Shown: positions 1 to 8,715 of the stretch, one piece after another | Layout: every line of letters starts with the position of its first letter | Position numbering within the stretch: the stretch's first letter is position 1 | Sequence record: OR896832.1 | Length of the DNA stretch: 64,000 nt | Direction: 5' to 3' (one strand) | Origin: Escherichia phage GoldenSnicker | The notes under the pieces: generated by a model | Seen by the model: the letters and a program-made list of their open reading frames with translations, nothing else | Databases searched by the model: none | What the model was told of the DNA's origin: nothing | Position numbers and translations under genes: made by a program

Positions 1-977
1 CATATAATTTAAACACTGTCACTGTTAAACTATCGGTTGATTCGAAATTAATTGCAAGGGAACGTGATTTAATTAATTTTGATGCGACTAAGATCTATTA
101 TGGTAACGTTCTTGATACGTTGGTCTTCCGAAGTAAAGATGAGCCTACCATTTTTGTTAATGGCAGAGAAGGTCGTTTTTATCACACCAACAATAAACCA
201 ACTAAAGCCGATGTTGGACTAGGTAATGTCACCAATGATGCGCAGGTTAAACGTGCTGGTGATATTATGGAAGGTAACTTGCAAGCGCCTAGAATGTTGG
301 CGACAAACGATCCTGCTGGTCCTAATGAATTGGTTCGTTTGAGCTACTTTGAGAGAAAATCAATGGTAGCAAATCCAACCATCATTGGAAACGTTGATTG
401 GAACACTCTTATTAATCGCGGTATCTATCGTGTGGAAAATGCTGGGTCGGGTACTAATAAACCGTCTGATAGCTATTATAACGGCGTTTTGATGGTATAT
501 CGCCCAGAAGATGCGGTCGGTACTCGTCGAATTGTTCAGGTGTATTATCCTGAATCTATTGACCATCCGATGTGCTGGCGTTCGTGTTCTAATGAATCAT
601 GGACTGCATGGAACTATGTAGATCACCGTAAATTGGCTGATATTCGCTATGTTAACGTAACTGGCGATACCATGACAGGACCGTTAACTGTTCCGGCTGC
701 AAATGGCGTTAGAACAGCTAAAACTAACTATAACGGGGATAACTGTTATGCGGCGTTAAGCGGTGCTGATGGTACTGCTATGATTCACCGCATTAGTGAT
801 ATTAAAGGGACCGAAAAGCTGGGGATCACCCACGACTCAAAGGTCGTGTTTTTCCGTTCTAGAAACAATACTCAAACCGTGGACCGCTATCAGCTTTATC
901 ATGAAGGTAATAAACCTACTCCGGCTGATGTTGGCGCGGTTCCACTTAATGCGGTGATTGATTTTGGTACTTTCTAA
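1..977 (+). CDS. long tail fiber protein, gp36-like (5' partial; frame open to window start)
   Basis: Frame of ORF 120..977 has no stop back to nt 3 (track start is an internal TTG); NKPT-x-ADVG motifs shared with downstream gp37; immediately upstream of gene 37. Confidence 0.6.
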   Translation, partial: YNLNTVTVKLSVDSKLIARERDLINFDATKIYYGNVLDTLVFRSKDEPTIFVNGREGRFYHTNNKPTKADVGLGNVTNDAQVKRAGDIMEGNLQAPRMLATNDPAGPNELVRLSYFERKSMVANPTIIGNVDWNTLINRGIYRVENAGSGTNKPSDSYYNGVLMVYRPEDAVGTRRIVQVYYPESIDHPMCWRSCSNESWTAWNYVDHRKLADIRYVNVTGDTMTGPLTVPAANGVRTAKTNYNGDNCYAALSGADGTAMIHRISDIKGTEKLGITHDSKVVFFRSRNNTQTVDRYQLYHEGNKPTPADVGAVPLNAVIDFGTF

Positions 978-981
978 TTTT

Positions 982-1010
982 AGCGGGGATTATCTCCCCG
1001 CTTTTCTAAA
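982..1010 (+). terminator. stem-loop/terminator-like element between gp36-like gene and gene 37
   Basis: 8-bp perfect stem AGCGGGGA-ttatc-TCCCCGCT followed by TTTTCTAAAT. Confidence 0.5.
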
Positions 1011-1047
1011 TAATATTATTCTAATAACCGTTTAAGGATTTTATAAA

Positions 1048-3951
1048 ATGGCAGATTTAAGCAGAATCCAATTTAAACGTACTAGCACTAAAGGCCGTCG
1101 ACCTGATGCTGGTACGATGAATCCGGGGGAATTGGCAATCAACCTTGCGGATCAATATCTTCTTACTAAAAATGATTCCGGTGCTATTATCAATTTAAGT
1201 TGTCCTCCGGTTTATGACAGCGATGTTACAATGGCGGGTAAGGTTAAAGGAAATAATTATATTTTAAGTAAAACCGCTAATTATTTTGAAGACCAAACCG
1301 CGCGAGATCTTAATTATTTTGGTGCGTTTCGACCGAATAATGCTGATGGTTGGTCTAACTTGATTCTGAACATTCCTCATCCCAGCGGTAAAGCACACGG
1401 TCGCGGGTTTGAATTTGAATATGGTTCTAGTTCCTCTCAGGTTAAAACCTATGGCTTTGATAAGGATGGTAACAAGAGATTCAGCTTTCGCATGTATCAC
1501 GAAGGTGATAAACCTACTCCCTCAGAATTGAACGTCTATAGCAAACAAGAAATTGACCGTATGTTTGTTAAGAACGTTAAAATGTCCACTCCTTCCGGTG
1601 AAGCAACCCGTGGTTATTTTAAAATTGCATCCGCAATGATCCCGCAGAGTGGTCGGATGGCGTTTCTGCGAATCTATGGTGGGAACGGATTTAATGTTAA
1701 CTCCTACGATCAGGTGGATTTCCTTGAAATTGTGATTCGTAGTGGTAATAATAACCCTAAAGGCGTTAGTATTGCTGCATATCGTCGAAATTCTTTGAAC
1801 GTCCATGAAGTATTTGCAATTAATACTTCCGGTGATAACTATGACATTTATGTTAACTATGGTCGCTTCACCGATAACGTTATTGTAGAGTTTGGAAAAA
1901 CTGTTGATGTTGCATTGACTGTTCACGATGTTCCTGAATTTTCGGCGACTAAACCAGAAACCGGAACTAAATTTGATGCTCGTGTTATTACCATGTTCAA
2001 CACCGAAAACAAAGCAGGAACGTTGATGTTTGATAATAACTCACAAGCAACCTATGATATTGTGAGCCTTAGCAATGCACCTGATAATAGCCGAAATTAT
2101 CTGCGTAAATTCCGTAGCAAAGCGAATGAAACAATATGGCATGAAACTGTTCAAGGTGATGTGTATCGTTTGGCTACTGGTTCCACCGACCAAAAAGAAG
2201 TATTAAAAATTGTTGGTAGTGATGGTTTATTTGTCAATAGACTTCATCTGCAAGGCAATAACGCGATTCGTATGTGGCGTCCTACTGGTTGTAGTAACTA
2301 TTTTGAATATATGGATCAGCGAGACGGGGCTAATAAACGTCAAGGGTGGTTTGGTTTTGGTTCTACAGAAACCAACGATTTTCAATGGTATAGTGACGAA
2401 GGTAAAAACTTTGTTAAGCTAGAAGCAAGTGGTCAAGTATCTTTAAGCGCAGGTGCAACCAAAATTGTATACACTAATGGTCAATATGTAGCTGCCAATT
2501 CTGATGCATACCGTATGATCTTTGGTAATTATGGTGCATTCTGGCGTAATGACGGCACTAAAGTTTATCTTATGTCTACTGCCGAAAATGATAGATTTGG
2601 TGGCTGGAATGCCTATCGTCCATTCATTTATGATTTAACTTCCGGTAACGTTCAATTAGGCGGTGATGGTAACGAAGATGCATTAACGTTAGAAAGTGCT
2701 TCTCGTGCCGCTCGCTTTAGTAATGACGTTTACATTAAGAAAGGGCTTTTGACTTTCGACGCTGGACGATTAGGATCTCGTGATTTCTTTAAAATCAACC
2801 ATTGGGGTGATAGCAATAACGCCCGTGATAACATTTTGCAGTTTGAAGACAGTCAGGGCGCACATTTTACCACTGAACGTGCTATGGGTACTGGTAACAT
2901 AACAGCACGTTTTAAAGGCTTTGTTCGTGTAGAATCTGGCGAAATTGCATTTGATGCTAATCGGGGGTCGCAGTCTCAATTTACCTTACACACATGGGGT
3001 AACGAGCAACGCAAACAGGTTTTTGAATGTAAGGATGCTACAAGTTATCACTGGTATACTGAACGTACTCAGGGTGGCACTGGACCTATTCTGTTCTGTA
3101 TGGCTGGTAGTCTAAACGTTGGTAGCAATATCACAACAACTGGTGCTGATATTACGTTTAAACGCGCTGGCAATAAGCACATCTGGTTTAGAGATCCAGA
3201 CGGTTTAGAGTTGGGCTTGATGTATTGCGATGACGCTGGTGTTATTCGCTTCCGTGGTCAGAAACAAGCCCAGGCGTGGAAATTTGCAGATAAAATGATC
3301 CAGTTGGAATCTGGTACTGTATCTGGTGGCGGTAATGGCCTGATTCGTGGTGAAGTTGCTGGCGGTAGTTGGGCTAGCTGGCGTGACCGTGCTGCTGGCC
3401 TTATGGTTGGGTGTCCTCAATCAACCGATTCCGCTCATAACATCTGGAAAGCTACTCATTGGGGTAAATATCACATCGCAGCAATGGGTGTACACGTTCC
3501 TAGCGGTACTATCGGTAATGCTATAGCTCGCCTAAACGTTCATGACGCCAACTTTGAATTTAGCGCCTCCGGTGACATGTCGGCAGGGCGTAACGGTTCG
3601 TTTAACGATGTTTATATTCGTTCTGATACTCGCCTTAAAATCAATAAGGAAGAGTATAAGGAGAATGCCACCGATAAAGTTAATCGCTTGACGGTATACA
3701 CCTATGACAAGGTTAAATCTTTAACCGACCGTACTGTCATTGCTCATGAAGTTGGTATTATTGCTCAGGATCTTGAAAAAGAATTGCCGGAAGCCGTAAC
3801 AACTTCTAAGATCGGCGATCCTGATAAGCCAGAAGAGATCTTAACAATTTCTAACTCTGCTGTCAACGCTCTTTTAATTAAGGCGTTTCAGGAAATGAGC
3901 GAAGAACTTAAAGCCGTTAAAGCTGAACTAGCGGAACTTAAAAAGAATTAA
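1048..3951 (+). CDS. 37: long tail fiber distal subunit gp37 with C-terminal intramolecular chaperone-like domain
   Basis: 967 aa; N-terminus MADLSRIQFKRTSTKG..GELAINL matches T4 gp37 N-terminus; C-terminal ~110 aa (..VIAHEVGIIAQDLEKELPEAV..ALLIKAFQEM..coiled coil) resembles S74-type auto-cleaving chaperone domains; RBS AAGGA. Confidence 0.88.
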   Translation: MADLSRIQFKRTSTKGRRPDAGTMNPGELAINLADQYLLTKNDSGAIINLSCPPVYDSDVTMAGKVKGNNYILSKTANYFEDQTARDLNYFGAFRPNNADGWSNLILNIPHPSGKAHGRGFEFEYGSSSSQVKTYGFDKDGNKRFSFRMYHEGDKPTPSELNVYSKQEIDRMFVKNVKMSTPSGEATRGYFKIASAMIPQSGRMAFLRIYGGNGFNVNSYDQVDFLEIVIRSGNNNPKGVSIAAYRRNSLNVHEVFAINTSGDNYDIYVNYGRFTDNVIVEFGKTVDVALTVHDVPEFSATKPETGTKFDARVITMFNTENKAGTLMFDNNSQATYDIVSLSNAPDNSRNYLRKFRSKANETIWHETVQGDVYRLATGSTDQKEVLKIVGSDGLFVNRLHLQGNNAIRMWRPTGCSNYFEYMDQRDGANKRQGWFGFGSTETNDFQWYSDEGKNFVKLEASGQVSLSAGATKIVYTNGQYVAANSDAYRMIFGNYGAFWRNDGTKVYLMSTAENDRFGGWNAYRPFIYDLTSGNVQLGGDGNEDALTLESASRAARFSNDVYIKKGLLTFDAGRLGSRDFFKINHWGDSNNARDNILQFEDSQGAHFTTERAMGTGNITARFKGFVRVESGEIAFDANRGSQSQFTLHTWGNEQRKQVFECKDATSYHWYTERTQGGTGPILFCMAGSLNVGSNITTTGADITFKRAGNKHIWFRDPDGLELGLMYCDDAGVIRFRGQKQAQAWKFADKMIQLESGTVSGGGNGLIRGEVAGGSWASWRDRAAGLMVGCPQSTDSAHNIWKATHWGKYHIAAMGVHVPSGTIGNAIARLNVHDANFEFSASGDMSAGRNGSFNDVYIRSDTRLKINKEEYKENATDKVNRLTVYTYDKVKSLTDRTVIAHEVGIIAQDLEKELPEAVTTSKIGDPDKPEEILTISNSAVNALLIKAFQEMSEELKAVKAELAELKKN

Positions 3952-3992
3952 GGAAACTCCCAGGGAAGGGGAACTACTAAGGAGAAACGGCT

Positions 3993-4232
3993 ATGGTCTA
4001 TAATATCGTCATTGGTGCTTTGTCTAATTTCGGAATGAAATTATTGTCAAAGTTAATTAGTGAAAAGATGCTCACTAAAATTTTCTTCTATTGCGCTCGT
4101 CGTCTTGCGGCTTATACCAATACGCCAATTGATGATCGTTTTGTGGAAGAACTTTATAAGGAGTTTAATAAAGATCAGTCAGAAGATAGTAACGAGCAAG
4201 ATAAACCTAGTGATAGTCAACTACCTAAATAA
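3993..4232 (+). CDS. hypothetical small protein (hydrophobic N-terminus, acidic C-terminus)
   Basis: 79-aa ORF with AAGGAG RBS 9 nt upstream; sits between gene 37 and holin where T2/T4 carry gene 38. Confidence 0.5.
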   Translation: MVYNIVIGALSNFGMKLLSKLISEKMLTKIFFYCARRLAAYTNTPIDDRFVEELYKEFNKDQSEDSNEQDKPSDSQLPK

Positions 4233-4265
4233 GAGTACACTGTCATAGTTATCTTAGGGCATTAT

Positions 4266-4922
4266 ATGCAAGTTTCTGAAAAAGGGAAAGACTTTGCTAT
4301 CTCAAATGTCCTGCGCGCTATTTTCACAACTAAAAGCACGGAGTTGCTCGTACTTCGTGTTTTTGCTGCCGTCGTGTTGTCCATATTGGCATTTGTCGTT
4401 TATAGTAAAAACGAGTTATTTGCGCTTTATAAAGAGACTCGTTATGAGACTTATGCTCACATTCTCCAGGTAGAGAAAGACCGCAATTTTGATAATGCAG
4501 CACAGGAGCAGTTACAGATAGTTCATGTGTCGGCTGATGCCGATTTTTCTGCTGTTTTTAGTTTTCGTCCGAAAAACCTAAACTATTTTGTTGATTTGGT
4601 GGCATATGAAGGAAAGCTACCACACACAATCGATGAAAAAAATTTAGGCGGATTCCCTATCAATAAAACGAGTGAAGAATATCGTAGGCATCTTTTAGGT
4701 AAATCATATTTTACCGATAAAGATTTCCAGTATATTCCATCAAGAGAAAAGAAATTAGAGAATATCGATATAGGTTTCATGTATTCTTGTCCTATATTCA
4801 ATCTCGATAATGTCTATTCTGGTAGTATCGCCATTTCATGGAAGAATAAACCGGATATTGACATTGAGAATTTAGATACTCTTTGCAATCAATCTGCCAG
4901 AATCCTCGGAAGGATTAGATAA
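4266..4922 (+). CDS. t: holin T
   Basis: 218 aa, single N-terminal TM segment; EQLQIVHVSADADFSAVFSFRPKNLNYFVDLVAYEGKLP nearly identical to T4 holin T; same length as T4 T. Confidence 0.92.
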   Translation: MQVSEKGKDFAISNVLRAIFTTKSTELLVLRVFAAVVLSILAFVVYSKNELFALYKETRYETYAHILQVEKDRNFDNAAQEQLQIVHVSADADFSAVFSFRPKNLNYFVDLVAYEGKLPHTIDEKNLGGFPINKTSEEYRRHLLGKSYFTDKDFQYIPSREKKLENIDIGFMYSCPIFNLDNVYSGSIAISWKNKPDIDIENLDTLCNQSARILGRIR

Positions 4923-4928
4923 CTTAAA

Positions 4929-4960
4929 GGGGAAGCCTTTCGGCCTCCCCTTCTTTTTAT
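4929..4960. terminator. bidirectional rho-independent terminator between convergent holin and minus-strand operon
   Basis: Hairpin GGGGAAGCC-TTTC-GGCCTCCCC followed by TTCTTTTTATT on + strand; A-rich on other side. Confidence 0.7.
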
Positions 4961-5205
4961 TGGCGCATAGACGCGCCTGAATCGCATTTTGACGCTGTAT
5001 GATGAAAACAGGTAGCGTACCAGTCATTGGCTTGTTTGTCTTCGTCAGAAAACGCGTAATTGCGTTGTATGCCGTTTTCTACTTTGACCAGTGCAATAGC
5101 TGTTTCTGGAAGATCAATCAATCGGACAAAATCACCATCTTCCCACTCTACACGAGCAATATCATAGCCCATCTCAAAGTATACAATCGCTTGTTCTAAT
5201 TTCAT
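4957..5205 (-). CDS. hypothetical protein (82 aa)
   Basis: Track ORF; last gene of minus-strand operon, followed by terminator 4929..4960. Confidence 0.5.
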   Translation of the reverse strand: MKLEQAIVYFEMGYDIARVEWEDGDFVRLIDLPETAIALVKVENGIQRNYAFSDEDKQANDWYATCFHHTASKCDSGASMRQ

Positions 5206-5531
5206 TCTGGAAACTTCCCGTAAACATTCTCTGCCAGCTTACGTGCATCTTTTACAATATCTTTCATGTAATGACTATAATTTTTAGCTAGATCAATGAT
5301 GCAGTCAACAAAGAAGTAATAGCGTCGCAGTGCTACCAGCTCAACATCTTCAAGATGACCATTTTCTCCAATCGCTGAAATATGTTTAAATTCCTTTTGG
5401 ATCGCGTCCATCGCTACATTAACTTCTTTTATAATATCTTTCGTATTATATGCACCTCGACTAATCAAAATTTTGGTTAGGTCTTCTGCTTTTTCGTGAA
5501 AGTTGTCAATTTCAAACTCGATCATAATCAC
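5202..5531 (-). CDS. hypothetical protein (109 aa), paralog of 5640..5972
   Basis: Track ORF; shares helical pattern and C-terminal ..AENVYGKF motif with neighbour. Confidence 0.55.
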   Translation of the reverse strand: MIMIEFEIDNFHEKAEDLTKILISRGAYNTKDIIKEVNVAMDAIQKEFKHISAIGENGHLEDVELVALRRYYFFVDCIIDLAKNYSHYMKDIVKDARKLAENVYGKFPE

Positions 5532-5639
5532 CTCTCATAATTTCACGCTGTTGTTTCAACATTTTTTCGTGGTTTGCTAATTCTATACCTTGTAATAGCA
5601 TAACCAGTGCAATTTTCAATGATTCATCATCTTTCATAA

Positions 5640-5972
5640 TCAAAATTTACCGAAAATATTCTCTGTCATAATTCTTGCTTCGTCGATTATTTTCGTCATG
5701 TTCATGGTGTAGTTATGATCATTTAGTGCCTTAATGACAACGAGCAAGGAATCTAAAAACACTCGATACCGGGTATATTCTACGCTATTTGTGAATACCG
5801 ATGTTTTCTCTACTTTATCGATCAGATAGCCTAAAACCGATAGCGCCTCGTTTACTTCCCTTGTTACTTTATCTGCGCTAAACAACACCGGATAAAGACG
5901 CGGTGTGATTAACCGCGCTGCCTCTTTCAATTCTGTCGCTTTCCATGATTCATATTTGTCATAGTTAAACAT
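5640..5972 (-). CDS. hypothetical protein (110 aa), paralog of 5202..5531
   Basis: Track ORF; C-terminal ..TENIFGKF similar to neighbour. Confidence 0.55.
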   Translation of the reverse strand: MFNYDKYESWKATELKEAARLITPRLYPVLFSADKVTREVNEALSVLGYLIDKVEKTSVFTNSVEYTRYRVFLDSLLVVIKALNDHNYTMNMTKIIDEARIMTENIFGKF

Positions 5973-5984
5973 TGTATAATCTCC

Positions 5985-6317
5985 TTACAGATGAAAACCT
6001 GTTACGATCACCGCATCGATCATACCGCTAGGAATAAACGGTTCACCCTCTTTTATTTCAACTTTGAATTGATGCCATTTCGCTAATACTTCTTCCGGTA
6101 CACCCAGCGATTCGGCGTCTGCTTTAGTTTCATCCATAATCCAACTAGGCTGCATGAGAGCATAGTTTACATAGTCCATTTCTGGGGTCATGTCATCAAT
6201 GTTAATATATTTGCAGTTGACGCGTTTCAGAATTTCAAATTCTTTATTGTCAACCTGTACCATGTATAATTCAGTAGTTTCTGGAATCAGTTCCCACACA
6301 ATCAGTACATTTTTCAT
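5985..6317 (-). CDS. hypothetical protein (110 aa)
   Basis: Track ORF; AAGGAG RBS; tightly packed in operon. Confidence 0.55.
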   Translation of the reverse strand: MKNVLIVWELIPETTELYMVQVDNKEFEILKRVNCKYINIDDMTPEMDYVNYALMQPSWIMDETKADAESLGVPEEVLAKWHQFKVEIKEGEPFIPSGMIDAVIVTGFHL

Positions 6318-6325
6318 AGTTCACC

Positions 6326-6694
6326 TCACTTAACAAAGATTTTCTTTAATGCTTTCAGGATCGTTGCTTCCGGCGCTTCTTCCGGTGGAGGAAGCAATTC
6401 TACCACTTCCTCTTCCAACTCGATATAGTCTACCAGATATTCTACATAGAATGCAAGTGCTTCCATGAAATTAAATGCTACATCCGATTCACCACAAGCG
6501 CCTACATGCATTGTATAAACATCACTGCGATCAAGTTTGTGGATGCTTCCCAGATAGTTCCGGTTATACCAGACTTCCCACACTTTCAGCTTTCCGGTTT
6601 TGGTTGCTGTTTTATAATCGGTTTCGTAATGATGCAATTGACGTTGCAGATCATTGATAATAACACATTTTTCGTAATTATTTTGAATTTCCAT
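6326..6694 (-). CDS. hypothetical protein (122 aa)
   Basis: Track ORF in co-directional array. Confidence 0.5.
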   Translation of the reverse strand: MEIQNNYEKCVIINDLQRQLHHYETDYKTATKTGKLKVWEVWYNRNYLGSIHKLDRSDVYTMHVGACGESDVAFNFMEALAFYVEYLVDYIELEEEVVELLPPPEEAPEATILKALKKIFVK

Positions 6695-6704
6695 GATGTA
6701 ATCC

Positions 6705-6896
6705 TCACTTATCGTTAAGAAGTTCTAAAACTTTCTGTCGTACTTTGTCAATATTAGTTGATTCAAAAACTGTACGGTATCCCCAGCTTTGACCGTATGA
6801 GCGGTTGCAATCTCCATATCCCCATTGTTCAACCTGATAGTATTCAAGGAATGGGTGCTGCCGAACTATGATACCATCGCGATTAAAAATTACCAT
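6705..6896 (-). CDS. hypothetical protein (63 aa)
   Basis: Track ORF in co-directional array. Confidence 0.45.
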   Translation of the reverse strand: MVIFNRDGIIVRQHPFLEYYQVEQWGYGDCNRSYGQSWGYRTVFESTNIDKVRQKVLELLNDK

Positions 6897-6919
6897 AATA
6901 TAATCCTCACGTCAACAAC

Positions 6920-7207
6920 TTATTTTCGGTTGTGGTCGCGATATGTTTTAAAATATCCCTCGTACCACGGTAAAATATCTGGATTTTTACCACTATACAG
7001 ACCTTTAACCATCATGTCAATAAGGCCATCTGGTGTTTGATAGTTTCCAGCTTTTATAAGCTCTCTGATTAAAATCTCTCTGTATATGTCTTTCGGATCT
7101 TCGTAATCAACTTGTATTGTGGTTGTGGTCTCATTCAATTTGGTTTCTGGAGTATCTCGCATTGCATCCCACCAATCTTTTGTGACCTTCATGTTATTGA
7201 ATTGCAT
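6920..7207 (-). CDS. hypothetical protein (95 aa)
   Basis: Track ORF in co-directional array. Confidence 0.5.
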   Translation of the reverse strand: MQFNNMKVTKDWWDAMRDTPETKLNETTTTIQVDYEDPKDIYREILIRELIKAGNYQTPDGLIDMMVKGLYSGKNPDILPWYEGYFKTYRDHNRK

Positions 7208-7218
7208 AATTTAACCTC

Positions 7219-7977
7219 TTACTTGCAAACGTATTGATCTACATCAATTGCGCCACCGAATGTAGGGTGACGTTTTTCAAATCGAATAGTTCCGTCGTTT
7301 GGTTCGAAAACGGAGTATTCATATAGATCTTTCTTGCCAACATTCTTATAAAACCCGCCTTTAGTCATAACGGTTTCTTGTACGTTTGCTTTGTGTACGT
7401 TGTATTCATCAATGTATACAAAATCAACCATCTTCCCATTTTTAATGGTTACTTTAAGATCCCCTGGCTTGTTTCCATATTTTGCATACAGTGGAGCTTC
7501 TTTAATTTTGGTGGAAATTCCATCTTTCATACTCCACTCATAACGAACGGTGCATTGATAGGTAAAAGTTTCGACCTTCTGTTCTTCCACCATTTTTTCT
7601 TCCTGTTTCGGTTGTTCTTCGTCAACCTTCACAGAAGTCTCTGAATCGCTTTCTGACGCGGTTTCTTCTTTAGGTAATACATTCATCAAGTTTTGGATTT
7701 GAGCGTTGTATACAGCCTCCAGTGGCTGAATCTGCCCGATATTGATCATTGTATCACGAACAGTTTTATTCCAGTTGCGTTGCTCTTGTTTCAGAGACGG
7801 ATCAATCTTAACAGCCTTAACATATACTTCATGAAGTTTAGAATCCAGTGCGGAGATTGACTCATTAGCACAAATAAACTTCTCTGATTTTGTAGTGGCT
7901 TTAGCGCAATCAAAGGACGCAGCATTAGCACCGAAAGCAGTAGCGGAAAGAACGATAGCAGCGATAATGTTTTTCAT
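7219..7977 (-). CDS. secreted protein with N-terminal DUF1311/LprI-like (lysozyme-inhibitor-like) domain
   Basis: Signal peptide MKNIIAAIVLSATAFGANA; FDCAKATTKSEKFICANESISALDSKLHEVY..QEQRNWNKTVRD fits C..A.T..E..IC..L..LD..L..Y..QR.W...RD pattern; first gene after promoter 8014..8042. Confidence 0.6.
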   Translation of the reverse strand: MKNIIAAIVLSATAFGANAASFDCAKATTKSEKFICANESISALDSKLHEVYVKAVKIDPSLKQEQRNWNKTVRDTMINIGQIQPLEAVYNAQIQNLMNVLPKEETASESDSETSVKVDEEQPKQEEKMVEEQKVETFTYQCTVRYEWSMKDGISTKIKEAPLYAKYGNKPGDLKVTIKNGKMVDFVYIDEYNVHKANVQETVMTKGGFYKNVGKKDLYEYSVFEPNDGTIRFEKRHPTFGGAIDVDQYVCK

Positions 7978-8013
7978 AATATATTCCTCAGTGTTTTTTG
8001 TCTTGATGGGAGT

Positions 8014-8042
8014 ATCTTACTACTCCCTTAATCCGGTGTCAA
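8014..8042 (-). promoter_or_regulatory. sigma70-type early promoter (TTGACA-17-TAAGAT) with hairpin GGGAGTA-N6-TACTCCC overlapping -10
   Basis: Minus-strand TTGACACCGGATTAAGGGAGTAGTAAGATACTCCC; ~35 nt upstream of ATG at 7977. Confidence 0.6.
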
Positions 8043-8049
8043 CTACTTT

Positions 8050-8205
8050 TTAAATTTCTTCTACAGTAAAGTCTTCAATGTTGTTGTGCTCGGAGAACGT
8101 TGCCAGACCAGCATTCCATGCATCATCCTCAGAGAAGAATACACCGTAACGTTCATATCCTTTAGCGCCTTCAAATTTAATCATTAATTTGTGAGTATGT
8201 TTCAT
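8050..8205 (-). CDS. hypothetical protein (51 aa)
   Basis: Start moved to internal ATG preceded by AAGGAGAATCAAA leader; downstream of promoter 8237..8265. Confidence 0.55.
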   Translation of the reverse strand: MKHTHKLMIKFEGAKGYERYGVFFSEDDAWNAGLATFSEHNNIEDFTVEEI

Positions 8206-8236
8206 TTTGATTCTCCTTCGTTGTCTTGATGGGTTT

Positions 8237-8265
8237 AGTATAGGGGATCGCCGATCCCCTGTCAA
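8237..8265 (-). promoter_or_regulatory. sigma70-type early promoter (TTGACA-17-TATACT) with palindromic GATC-containing spacer
   Basis: Minus-strand TTGACA GGGGATCGGCGATCCCC TATACT; spacer is a perfect inverted repeat with two GATC sites. Confidence 0.7.
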
Positions 8266-8275
8266 CAACTATTTT

Positions 8276-8488
8276 TTAATTTTTACCCGCTCGTGCATTA
8301 ATACGCATTTTCTGCATAGCCATGATCTGGCTTACTGCTTCTTCTTTACGTTCTTGCGTGATAACGTGACCAGATTCCGCAAACTCTCCCGCAACTTCTT
8401 CTACGATCTCGCGAACTTGAGAACGTCCAAAGATGCGGTTTCCTTCGTAGCTCATAAATTCAGTCACTACTTGCTCAATAGATTTCAT
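8276..8488 (-). CDS. hypothetical protein (70 aa)
   Basis: Track ORF; GGAGAATCAC leader upstream of ATG. Confidence 0.55.
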   Translation of the reverse strand: MKSIEQVVTEFMSYEGNRIFGRSQVREIVEEVAGEFAESGHVITQERKEEAVSQIMAMQKMRINARAGKN

Positions 8489-8517
8489 GTGATTCTCCTT
8501 TCGTTTGGTATGGGAGT

Positions 8518-8546
8518 ATGTTACTACTCCCTTATCTTTACGTCAA
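8518..8546 (-). promoter_or_regulatory. sigma70-type early promoter (TTGACG-17-TAACAT) with hairpin GGGAGTA-N6-TACTCCC
   Basis: Minus-strand TTGACGTAAAGATAAGGGAGTAGTAACATACTCCC upstream of ATG at 8488. Confidence 0.55.
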
Positions 8547-8549
8547 CAA

Positions 8550-8711
8550 CTATTTTAAATTATTTTCGACCTTCACCCATTCCGCGTATTCTTGCGCGGC
8601 TACTTTCGGATTTAGTCCGTCTTCGTACATTGCATCAAGTAATTCTTTGTCGGTGGGCTTATACCCTAGATAAGCCTCCACCTGATTTTTCCAAATTTTA
8701 TACCAGTTCAT
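8550..8711 (-). CDS. hypothetical protein (53 aa)
   Basis: Track ORF trimmed to ATG 5 nt after upstream stop (TGA-TAAT-ATG). Confidence 0.45.
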   Translation of the reverse strand: MNWYKIWKNQVEAYLGYKPTDKELLDAMYEDGLNPKVAAQEYAEWVKVENNLK

Positions 8712-8715
8712 ATTA

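Noticed and set aside
120-122. TTG at 120 as the start of the first tail-fiber ORF
   Set aside because: The frame stays open to nt 3 with tail-fiber-like sequence, so the gene starts upstream of the window
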